A stretch of DNA of 21,459 bases from Tubiluchus corallicola (taxonomy: Eukaryota > Animalia > Priapulida), in NCBI GenBank assembly GCA_030141605.1, contig JAQGDQ010000955.1, positions 1 through 21,459 of the forward strand, given 5' to 3'. Position 1 is the first letter of the stretch. Each line of letters starts with the position of its first letter. The notes under the pieces were generated by a model. That model was given only the letters and a program-made list of their open reading frames with translations. It did not search any database and was not told the origin of the DNA. Position numbers and translations under genes: made by a program. This document shows positions 1-20,850 of the stretch, in pieces.

Positions 1-226
1 ATTTCGTCATGTCCGACAGTGACATAAAGTGACAACGGTCTTGTAAGGGTTAATGCCATCCGATCTAGAGGAAAAAACTACCCGCACTATCTTTGAGATA
101 TTGGCGCAGACTTCAGCTGGATCGCGTGGGCCGCACTTTCATTACGTTGACAAACCTCTTCGCGGGCCGCACAAGATCTCTCGGCCGGCCGCAAGTGGCC
201 CACGGGCAGCAGTTTGCACACCCTTG
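1..226. mobile_element. Right part of an hAT-type MITE (same family as 5260-5758)
   Basis: Aligns by eye with about 5535-5758 (TCTTGTAAGGGTTAATG..ATCCGATCTAG..GAAAAAACTACCCGCACTATCTTTGAGAT...). Ends in the TIR variant TTTGCACACCCTTG. Confidence 0.8.
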
Positions 227-1222
227 CTTTATAGCATGAAGATGTTAGAAAATGTTGGACAAAAATAAGCAAATGGCATCCAAGTGTCGAGTGAGTTGCA
301 ACTTCTGAACTGTCTTTGCCAAAGTCGCAAATAACGGCCATGCAAATGTAATATGAATTACAAACGTCGTGTATCAATTTAGCAGAGAGTGCTCGGGGTG
401 CTTATACCATGCATTTGTACGGCTTTAGATGCATTACAATTCTACAAAGATTTCATGCTGCAGAAAACAACATGCAGTCATCAAAATTATACAAGTGAAC
501 CAGGGATGAGAATGACAAATTGCAAAAAACTCTGAAACAGGCCGGGGGTTGGGGAGCCATCTAGGTCCCCAATGGGGTTGAGAGGCAAAGCCACCATGGG
601 GGTTAAAGGTGGCAAAGCCCCTTGGAGCCAAAAACAAATTGCAATTTTGTGACCATAGAGAACCTCTAAGTGGACTAAAAATATCAATTACCTTGTTTCA
701 TGCATACTTTAAAATATCCAACTATCAAGGATACATGATACCTAATTGTCTCAAAAATGGCTAAGTACTGGCCGCTCCTATGCAAAAGTATATAAAAACT
801 GTCTGCAATTGACTCAAATAACTCCGCACAATTGATTCTATATTTTTATACATAGAGATATACATGTGGTTACACTGATGTACGTGATGTAAACAAAGTG
901 ACGGCCTGCCAACTAGCAGTCAGCTTGTGAAATAATGTACTGGGTCCGTAAAAATTTTCTCAACGAATTTACGCGATTTACAAAAATGGCACTACTGGTC
1001 TTCCAAAAACTCAGAATTCCGAGTTTCCCAGGAAAATTCTCGTCCCTGGTGAACATCAATAAAGTGACAATTCAGAATGTGCCACTTGATTCTACATCAA
1101 TCAAAAATGTGACTCTACGCACAGAATAATTAAAAACAAACAAACATGCAAGACTCCATGTTGGAAATTTCATTCAAGAAACGCAATCAAGTAATTGTTA
1201 AACGTAGAAATGATACAGTTAC

Positions 1223-10456
<9,234 letters not shown>

Positions 10457-10809
10457 GGCTAACGCGGCTTAAATGTTCAGTATCAGTCTTCGCACAATAG
10501 CATTGTTGGTTCTGAACGATAACGTTGATCACATTTTGCACTATACTTAAGATTTTTCGAACAAATTACAGAGAAATCTGCTGAAAAGAAAAAATTGGCA
10601 ACTCCACGTATCACGTGATGTGACCTCTTCGTCAGAGGTAAGAAAAAAACATTTTCAAACTATCTTTTTCGTGTCTTTTCTATATTTAACAAAACTTAGC
10701 GCAAAAATATCTTGCTATCTCATCTAAGTAAAATAATTTTGCAATATTGTTAGGTAATGATGTTTTTTCTTTTTTATGCGAACACTTTCTTTAGAGACAG
10801 AAAACAAAC
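10457..10809. promoter_or_regulatory. Divergent (head-to-head) intergenic/5'UTR region, probable bidirectional promoter, with palindromic E-box ATCACGTGAT at 10610-10619
   Basis: 353 bp separate the two opposed ATGs. The CACGTG palindrome lies near the midpoint. Function is inferred from gene geometry only. Confidence 0.6.
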
Positions 10810-11008
10810 ATGGCTGCCTTCTTGAAATCTCCAACGCGAACTTTACTAAATTTTACCAAATATCATGTGATTACCACTCGCAGAGTGCCTTTATTAGGCA
10901 CTGCTGGTTCGAGCTGTGATAGAAGAGTACATTCCACATTTAGCTTTTCGGGCAAAACTACTCGTATTGGATGTTCATCGGGTTTTTGGGGCGATACATC
11001 TGTTGCAG
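10810..11008 (+). CDS. AtuA-like exon 1 (presequence plus RIGCSSGFWGD motif)
   Basis: Start context AACATGG. Donor GCAG|GTAAAT, phase 1. Confidence 0.88.
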
Positions 11009-14000
11009 GTAAATTTGTTGTGCTGCAAGTGCAATGATTAATTAGTAATTACGGTGAAAAATTTTCCATTCGTAATACGTATAAATTTAACTCGGAAGTA
11101 GTGCTGACAAGCCACTGTCATCGCAGTGTCTAGCTTATTCGCTGGATTACGGGTGTGTTTACCTGTCTTGAGGGCAGATGTCTTTGATTTTAGAATTCTG
11201 TCTCCCTCATATTCACAACAGCCTTAATGGTCATATGATAAATCCCCATTAACTCACATTTGCAGCTACCCCCATCATTTTGACTATTGTTACGGTTTTA
11301 ATTTTGGCAACTTTTGTCTAAGGAGCGCAAAAGCTGGGTTATATCATGCATACACTCAATCTCTTAGAAACAACTTTTTTGATGATGATCATGTAATGTA
11401 ATGATTAATTATTATGGTTAAAAGGTTGTTCTTCGAAATACATACAAATTTAGTGATTGTTGATAAAACAGAAGTTAACTACGTTCTCAGATAAGTGAGG
11501 AATAATAAAATTTCATGGCTAGTTTGTGAAGCAGATGAGGCGCTGAAAAATTACTCTAGTCGAGATTTGAACCCGAGGCTTTGCACAAAGGTAAGCTGCA
11601 CTATTTCAAATGAGTTAACTGGGTGAAGTTGCTTTCACGACGATGAACTCCAATGATATAACCTGTAAGACTCACATTTTAGAGTGTCAAATTCTACAAA
11701 ATATGAGTTGGACTTGTAGTTGTACTCGCCTCTGGTGTCGAGCCATGGCATCATAATGAAGCACCTTAGCAAACATCTTTGGAAATACAGTCCAACTGCT
11801 AGTGGAATCATGTTAAGCATTATACTTGTTTTTTTAATCTAAAGTGAAGTTTTTGTTTAAAATTAGGTTCATAACATTTTGTCTACTTCATGAAGAAGTT
11901 GATTAGAAAAACACTGCAGTTACTGATTTCAAAAAAAAGAAAGTTAAATGGCCTAACACACCTGGAATTAACTTGATGTAGGATCTTAAAATATAACCAA
12001 AACTGTATTCATTGGCTTAGTAAGTATTTAGTGTAACAAACTAAGTACTTGTGGTGTGCTGTCAGAGAGAAAGACGTGAGACAACCGTTTGTGGTGTGTA
12101 AAGCACCTAGTTTTAGTTTTCTTAAGTTTTCATCTCCTTTGTTGTACCATATAATTTATAAATGGTATAGAAATGTTTTATTTTTTATTGTAGCAATTTA
12201 AAAAACTAATGTCATTCTTTTTTTGTTTTAGCTCCACAACTGATTTATGGAGGTGATATTGAATTTTTGGTGTCTGATTATCTTTCTGAAATCACGATGT
12301 CTCTTCTTACGGCGGCTAAACAAAAAAATCCAGTGAGTATTATGCAGTTTTCAAAAATCACTGCTACTTATCATCAGCATTTTTTTATTTTATTTTTAAA
12401 CAACTTGTATTATGTGGTAAACTATACTAAGGTCAGCAAAACTGAATCTTTACATAAACATGAGAAAACTAAACTGGCATTTTAAAAAGCTGGAGAGGTA
12501 CATTTTTCATAATTATTTGTAGGTTTTAAAGTGTTAAATGCAATTTGCCCTACTCTCCTGAAAGATATTGGCCCAACTGCCACAATTACATTTTTAAAAC
12601 AAATTGTTGCAACTGCAATTACCATATGAAAGGAACCAGTTAATCGTGACAATAAGATTGTGAAATGGCAACTAAAGAATCCAAAGTACAAATATAAATT
12701 GCATGAAATTGTGTAAAGGTTTCCATTTAAGCAGTTTATTTATGATTATAATCAAACACGTGTAGGCTATTCATACATTGTCAACATAATGGTAAATTAT
12801 TCATTATAATATTATTCACTTTACTATTTTATATGTGATTAACTACTGTTTGTTTATTTGCTTTAAAAACAATAATGAAGTTTCTGTCAGGGAGCAACAA
12901 CTGTTCACTTTTGGGGGGAATTTGTTCTAACACTCTGTTCGCTCGATAGTATTGATAATATAATGAGTCATTTTTCTTTAATTCTTTCTTTACACTTGTA
13001 CATTATATAATTCTTAAGCTTAATGTCAGTAGCCATCCCCTAGTTCATGAAAAAAATTACAAAAATCCTTGTATGGAAGTGTGCGATTCACAGTTTCAGC
13101 AACACAGTGTTTGGTTGTCGTGCACCTGCAGCCATGCGCACACGTCTGAGATAAAAATCTGCACTCTAGGTAGAGAAAGCACTGTTGCTCCCGCAGTGCC
13201 AACCCTGTTGTGCATGTATAACGTAGTATTTCTTTTTTGAATAAATTGTCTTTTTATATGTTTGTTTTATTTTACACAATATTAAAGCAACAGCTAAAAA
13301 TTTTTTGAAGCACCAGCCCCACTAATTTTAACTACAAGCCACCATTGCACTCAGCAAACGCTGAACAGTAGAAACTGGCAACTAGATGCCAGACTCTAGA
13401 CACTGGGCACGTTGGTGTATCGTAGGCTTCATGTTTGAAACCATTTTGTGCTACTGTTTTTTTTTTGCTGCAGGAGCTTGGGTACGCGCCCGATTTTGTG
13501 CAGGCTTCAGTTGCACCATTTCTTAAGGACATAAAATCAAAAGGTAGACATCTAAACATATGATGAGTTAACTGTTAGATAGGTGTTTGATGAACTGCAC
13601 AGATTGGTTAGATAGGATGAATTAGATAGGTGTTTGATGAACTGCACAGATTGGTTAGATAGGTGTTTGATGAACTGCACAGATTGGTTAGATAGGTGTT
13701 TGATGAACTGCACAGATTGGTTAGATGGGTGTTTGATGAACTGCACAGATTGGTTAGATAGGTGTTTGATGAGCTGCACAGATTGGCTAGATGGGTGTTT
13801 GATGAGCTGCACAGATTGGTTAGATGGGTGTTTGATGAACTGCACAGATTGGTTAGATGGGTGCTTGATGAGCTGCACAGATTGGTTAGATGGGTGTTTG
13901 ATGAACTGCACAGATTGGTTAGATAGGTGCTTGATGAACTGCACAGATTGGTTAGATGGGTGTTTGATGAACTGCACAGATTGGTTAGATGGGTGTTTGA

Positions 14001-17000
14001 TGAACTGCACAGATTGGTTAGATGGGTGTTTGATGAACTGCACAGATTGGTTAGATGGGTGTTTGATGAACTGCACAGATTGGTTAGATAGGTGTTTGAT
14101 GAACTGCACAGATTGGTTAGATGGGTGTTTGATGAACTGCACAGATTAGTTAGACAGGTGTTTGATGAGCTGCACAGATTGGTTAGATAGGTGTATGGTG
14201 AGCTGCACAGATTGGTTAGATAGGTGTTTGATCAACTACACAGATTGGTTAGATAGGTGCTTGATGAGCTGCACAGATTGCTTAGATAGGTGTTTGATGA
14301 ACTGCACAGATTGGTTAGATAGGTGTTTCATGAGCTGCACAGATTGGTTAGATAGGATGAATTAGATAGGTGCTTGATGAGCTGCACAGATTGGTTAGAT
14401 GGGTGTTTGATGAACTGCACAGATTGGTTAGATAGGTGCTTGATGAACTGCACAGATTGGTTAGATGGGTGTTTGATGAACTGCACAGATTGGTTAGATG
14501 GGTGTTTGATGAACTGCACAGATTGGTTAGATGGGTGTTTGATGAACTGCACAGATTGGTTAGATGGGTGTTTGATGAACTGCACAGATTGGTTAGATAG
14601 GTGTTTGATGAACTGCACAGATTGGTTAGATGGGTGTTTGATGAACTGCACAGATTAGTTAGACAGGTGTTTGATGAGCTGCACAGATTGGTTAGATAGG
14701 TGTATGGTGAGCTGCACAGATTGGTTAGATAGGTGTTTGATCAACTACACAGATTGGTTAGATAGGTGCTTGATGAGCTGCACAGATTGCTTAGATAGGT
14801 GTTTGATGAACTGCACAGATTGGTTAGATAGGTGTTTCATGAGCTGCACAGATTGGTTAGATGGGTGTTTGATGAGCTGCACAGATTGCTTAGATAGGTG
14901 TTTGATGAACTGCACAGATTGGTTAGATAGGTGTTTGATCAACTACACAGATTGGTTAGATAGGTGCTTGATGAACTGCACAGATTGGTTAGATAGGTGT
15001 TTGATGAACTGCACAGATTGGTTAGATAGGTGTTTCATGAGCTGCACAGATTGGTTAGATGGGTGTTTGATGAGCTGCACAGATTGCTTAGATAGGTGTT
15101 TGATGAACTGCACAGATTGGTTAGATAGGTGTTTGATCAACTACACAGATTGGTTAGATAGGTGCTTGATGAACTGCACAGATTGGTTAGATAGGTGTTT
15201 GATCAACTACACAGATTGGTTAGATAGGTGCTTGATGAACTGCACAGATTGGTTAGATAGGTGTTTCATGAGCTGCACAGATTGGTTAGATGGGTGTTTG
15301 ATGAACTGCACAGATTGGTTAGATGGGTGTTTGATGAACTGCACAGATTGGTTAGATGGGTGTTTGATGAACTGCACAGATTGGTTAGATAGGTGTTTGA
15401 TCAACTACACAGATTGGTTAGATAGGTGCTTGATGAACTGCACAGATTGGTTAGATAGGTGTTTGATCAACTACACAGATTGGTTAGATAGGTGCTTGAT
15501 GAACTGCACAGATTGGTTAGATAGGTGTTTCATGAGCTGCACAGATTGGTTAGATAGGTGTTTCATGAGCTGCACAGATTGGTTAGATGGGTGTTTGATG
15601 AACTGCACAGATTGGTTAGATGGGTGTTTGATGAACTGCACAGATTGGTTAGATTAATTAACTTTATGGTTTTTGGCAGTTTTTTGCAAATCTGTTTGTT
15701 ATATTTTCCAAGTTTAATTGATAACAGTAAAAAATAAATAGATCATGCTAAGTGACTTGTCCTTTCCTTTAATATGCACTGCACAAACGTATTTATGTAT
15801 GTGAGCAAATATTGAATTCGAGTTTATTCTATTTCTGTGTGTCTGCATGCCATGCCAATGGTAGGCATAACCGACGTTTTGTTTGCATTGTGCAGGTATT
15901 CGCTTGGTTAGCAATGCGGGTGGAGTCAATCCCCATTCATGCTCAAAGTCGCTATTAGATGCTGCTAGTAAAGCCGGTATCACTGATTTGAAGGTAGCTG
16001 TTATCACAGGTGATGACATGATGAATTTGGTGAGTAAGTTGTAAGCTTCGTTACTTGGTGAGTAAGTTGTAAGCTTCGTTACTTGGTGAGTAAGTTGTAA
16101 GCTTCGTTACTTGGTGAGTAAGTTGTAAGCTTCGTTACTTGGTGAGTAAGTTGTAAGATTCATTACTTGGTGAATAAGTTGTAAGATTCTTTACTTGGTG
16201 AGTAAGTTGTAAGATTCGTTACTTGGTGAGTAAGTTGTAAGCTTCGTTACTTGGTGAGTAAGTTGTAAGCTTCGTTACTTGGTGAGTAAGTTGTAAGCTT
16301 CGTTACTTGGTGAGTAAGTTGTAAGCTTCGTTACTTGGTGAGTAAGTTGTAAGCTTCGTTACTTGGTGAGTAAGTTGTAAGCTTCGTTACTTGGTGAATA
16401 AGTTGTAAGATTCGTTACTTGGTGAGTAAGTTGTAAGATTCGTTACTTGGTGAGTAAGTTGTAAGCTTCGTTACTTGGTGAGTAAGTTGTAAGCTTCGTT
16501 ACTTGGTGAGTAAGTTGTGTTGTTACTTGTGAGTAAGTTGTAAGCTTCGTTACTTGGTGAGTAAGTTGTAAGCTTCGTTACTTGGTGAGTAAGTTGTAAG
16601 CTTCGTTACTTGGTGAGTAAGTTGTAAGCTTCGTTACTTGGTGAGTAAGTTGTAAGCTTCGTTACTTGGTGAGTAAGTTGTAAGCTTCGTTACTTGGTGA
16701 GTAAGTTGTAAGCTTCGTTACTTGGTGAGTAAGTTGTAAGCTTCGTTACTTGGTGAGTAAGTTGTAAGCTTCGTTACTTGGTGAGTAAGTTGTAAGCTTC
16801 GTTACTTGGTGAGTAAGTTGTAAGCTTCGTTACTTGGTGAGTAAGTTGTAAGCTTCGTTACTTGGTGAGTAAGTTGTAAGCTTCGTTACTTGGTGAGTAA
16901 GTTGTAAGCTTCGTTACTTGGTGAGTAAGTTGTAAGCTTCGTTACTTGGTGAGTAAGTTGTAAGATTCGTTACTGTGCTAAGTGTTGAGTAGTTCTACAA

Positions 17001-20000
17001 TCAGACAAACAGAAACTGGGTTAGTTATCCAAACAAAAACCGAAAAAAATTTGTTCGAATCATGTTGTGTTTTGTTTCTCTCGGAAGGCTCGTAGAAAAA
17101 ACCAGAAAACACTTCGTCAAATTGAGAATTCTACAACACAAAAGTATGAAGGAACACGAAATGATTACAGTAAACGTGAAAAACTGGAAAACGTTTGAGT
17201 GTATCTGAAAATACAAGTATACAAGAAAATGTGTAAGTGGCGTCCGTGTGAGTCTGCGTGTGTCTCAGCGGCCAGCTTCGCCTTATATCAAGGGGGCCAG
17301 GGAACATTCTAGACGAGTCCTTTTAGAACATTCTACAAGGTAAGACGATTATTCTAATGAAACATTCTACAATGTTCTATGTAATTCTGATAGATGCCAG
17401 AGATCTCCACAACAAAACAACTGTGTAAGCTTCGTTACTTGGTGAGTAAGTTGTAAGCTTCGTTACTTGGTGAGTAAGTTGTACTTGTAAAGTAAGTTGT
17501 AAGCTTCATTACTTGGTGAGTAAGTTGTAAGCTTCGTTACTTGGTGAGTAAGTTGTAAGCTTCGTTACTTGGTGAGTAAGTTGTAAGCTTCGTTACTTGG
17601 TGAATAAGTTGTAAGATTCGTTACTGTGCTAAGTGTTGAGTAGTTCTACAATCAGACAAACAGAAACTGGGTTAGTTATCCAAACAAAAACCGAAAAAAA
17701 ATTGTTCGAATCATGTTGTGTTTTGTTTCTCTCGGAAGGCTCGTAGAGAAAACCAGAAAACACTTCGTCAAATTGAGAATTCTACAACACAAAAGTATGA
17801 AGGAACACGAAATGATTACAGTAAACGTGAAAATCTGGAAAACGTTTGAGTGTATCTGAAAATACAAGTATACAAGAAAATGTGTAAGTGGCGTCCGTGT
17901 GAGTCTACGTGTGTCTCAGCGGCCAGCTTCGCCTTATACAGGGTGCCAGGGAACATTCTAGACGAGTCCTTTTAGAACATGCTACAAGGTAAGACGATTA
18001 TTCTAATGGAACATTCTACAATGTTCTATGTAATTCTAATAGATGCCAGAGATCTCCACAACAAAACAACTGTGTAAGCTTCGTTACTTGGTGAGTAAGT
18101 TGTAAGCTTCGTTACTTGGTGAGTAAGTTGTAAGCTTCGTTACTTGGTGAGTAAGTTGTAAGCTTCGTTACTTGGTGAATAAGTTGTAAGATTCTTTACT
18201 TGGTGAGTAAGTTGTAAGATTCGTTACTTGGTGAGTAAGTTGTAAGCTTCGTTACTTGGTGAATAAGTTGTAAGATTCGTTACTTGGTGAGTAAGTTGTA
18301 AGCTTCGTTACTTGGTGAGTAAGTTGTAAGCTTTGTTACTTGGTGAGTAAGTTGTAAGCTTCGTTACTTGGTGAGTAAGTTGTAAGCTTCGTTACTTGGT
18401 GAGTAAGTTGTAAGCTTCGTTACTTGGTGAGTAAGTTGTAAGCTTCGTTACTTGGTGAGTAAGTTGTAAGCTTCGTTACTTGGTGTGTAAGTTGTAAGCT
18501 TCGTTACTTGGTGAATAAGTTGTAAGCTTCGTTACTTGGTGAGTAAGTTGTAAGCTTCGTTACTTGGTGAGTAAGTTGTAAGATTCGTTACTTGGTGAGT
18601 AAGTTGTAAGCTTCGTTACTTGGTGAGTAAGTTGTAAGCTTCGGTACTTGGTGAGTAAGTTGTAAGCTTCGTTACTTGGTGAGTAAGTTGTAAGCTTCGT
18701 TACTTGGTGAGTAAGTTGTAAGCTTCGTTACTTGGTGAGTAAGTTGTAAGCTTCGTTACTTGGTGAGTAAGTTGTAAGCTTAGTTACTTGGTGAGTAAGT
18801 TGTAAAATTCGTTACTTGGTGAGTAAGTTGTAAGCTTCGTTACTTGGTGAGTAAGTTGTAAGCTTCGTTACTTGGTGAGTAAGTTGTAAGATTCGTTACT
18901 GTGCTAAGTGTTGAGTAGTTCTACAATCAGACAAACAGAAACTGGGTTAGTTATCCAAACAAAAACCGAAAAAAATTTGTTCGAATCATGTTGTGTTTTG
19001 TTTCTCTCGGAAGGCTCGTAGAGAAAACCAGAAAACACTTCGTCAAATTGAGAATTCTACAACACAAAAGTATGAAGGAACACGAAATGATTACAGTAAA
19101 CGTGAAAATCTGGAAAACGTTTGAGTGTATCTGAAAATACAAGTATACAAGAGAATGTGTAAGTGGCGTCCGTGTGAATTAAGGGTGCGTCTCTCTCAGC
19201 CGCCCTGCTTCGCCTTATACAGGGTGCCAGGGAAGCTTCTAGACGTTTCTTTCTAGAACATTCTACAAGGTAAGACGATTATTCTAACGGAACATTCTAC
19301 AATGTTCTATGTAATTCTAATAGATGCCAGCGATCTCCACAACAAAACAACTGTGCAAATGCAGTCTGCTATATTAGCTTTTAAAATCTCCCACTAGGAG
19401 TGAGCATTCTCTATTAGAAATCTGATTTCAGTTTTAAGATTTTTGAGTAAATTTCGACTCATAAATAACAGTCAGTCTTGCAAAGATTGTGTATGTTACG
19501 TGATTTCGTCGTGCAGTAAAAACACTAATAATTTGTTTAAATATTGTGCACATAAGTCACAGCTGAATGTGCTGATTCCATGATGTTTCACAGCTGAATG
19601 TGCTGATTCCATGATGTTTCACAGCTGAATGTGCTAATTCCATGATGTTTCACAGCTGAATGTGCTGATTCCATGATGTTTCACAGCTGAATGTGCTGAT
19701 TCCATGATGTTTCAAACGTTTTTACAGTTAATGAACGTACAGAGAGACGAAGTGGCGAATTATTCGAATTCATAATTTTAGGTTCAATTTGAATTCAGAT
19801 TAAAAACACATTCTGGTCAAATTCGAACTCGAACACTAGATGTTCTTGAGCAAGAACGGTTTTCATTTATTTTTGCCAAACAGTTTAGAAGAGAGAATAA
19901 TTTCTTTACTAGTGCAAAACTAAATTGCAGTAAAAACAACTTCTATACAGATTCTAAAGGCAGCAGGTTTGCGCGCTACCTCTTCTGTCCTCTCTGCCTT

Positions 20001-20816
20001 CCCTTTTTTGGAATGTCTGAACTGTTTTTATACCAGCTACACTGATAGATAGATTTAGCAATGATTTAAAAAAACTAGGCAAAAAACTAGGCAAGTCAAC
20101 TCTGCCTCTTCGCTGCTCTGCGCTACCTCTTCTGTCCTCTCTGCCTTCCCTTCTTTGGAATGTCTGAGCTGTTTTTATACCAGCTACACTTTTTAATGGA
20201 TTTAGCAATAATTTTAAAAAACTAGGCAAGTCAACTCTGGGTCGTGACGTTTTTACAGCAGTTTGAAACTGGTACTAACTACAAGTCTAGCAGAAATAAA
20301 GAAAGGAGGCATATTTTCCCAGAGAAAAAAGTTCAAGTGTTTAAATAGTTCACAATCTTAATGGAAGCAATCGTACAAAACTTAAACATACAAGATTGTC
20401 TAGAAAAATAGTAACCCTACAACAGTATGCTATAGTAAGGGATTATAGGGATTATGCATCTTTTGAACTGATTTTCCAGAAATCTGATCTCGAAGCAGCT
20501 GGCGTAACCGAGATGGACTCAGGAATGAAATTTCCGAAGACAGTGCACAGCATGAATGCATATTTAGGGTACAATTTATTTGCTTATCTAATTCAATTTA
20601 TTAGCTTTTTTTGGAATGACGCTAAAAGATCCGTTGTCACAGTTGTTCGTGGAATTGCGAAAATCATCAGATGTAAAAAACTTTGTTGTCAAATGAAATT
20701 AATTAGTGTAGTAAATCCTTGCCTTCCTATTTAGTGACATTTTTGTTTTAACGACGCTGATAGTTTGACACCTTTTTTTTTTATTTTGCTCAAGCCAAAT
20801 TTTTATTTTCTCAATA

Positions 20817-20850
<34 letters not shown>

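Noticed and set aside
501-780. GC-rich patch with GGCAAAGCC repeats, possibly a transposon fragment
   Set aside because: I could not define TIRs, a TSD or a second copy, so no feature is called. ORFs 434-637 and 487-687 have no recognisable homology.
13552-15657. Long Cys-rich (MNCTDWLDRCL)n and antisense (QFIKHPSNQSV)n ORFs, up to 328 aa
   Set aside because: They arise because the 33-bp unit is a multiple of 3. They lie in intron 3 between phase-compatible exons, are broken by stops and frameshifting interruptions, and are open on both strands.
17025-19142. Three copies of a 63-aa hydrophobic ORF (MYFQIHSNVF...)
   Set aside because: It has a non-ATG start, sits in T-rich sequence inside the repeated LTR-like unit and shows no recognisable domain. 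The conservation reflects recent duplication.
16027-19355. CRISPR-like appearance of the 28-bp repeats with intervening unique blocks
   Set aside because: The repeats are head-to-tail with no unique spacers, the ~450-bp inserts are copies of each other, there are no cas genes, and the context is a eukaryotic intron.
19954-20229. 91-aa minus-strand ORF with an internal repeat
   Set aside because: It is explained by the 147-bp-period local duplication, has a non-ATG start and is antisense within an intron.
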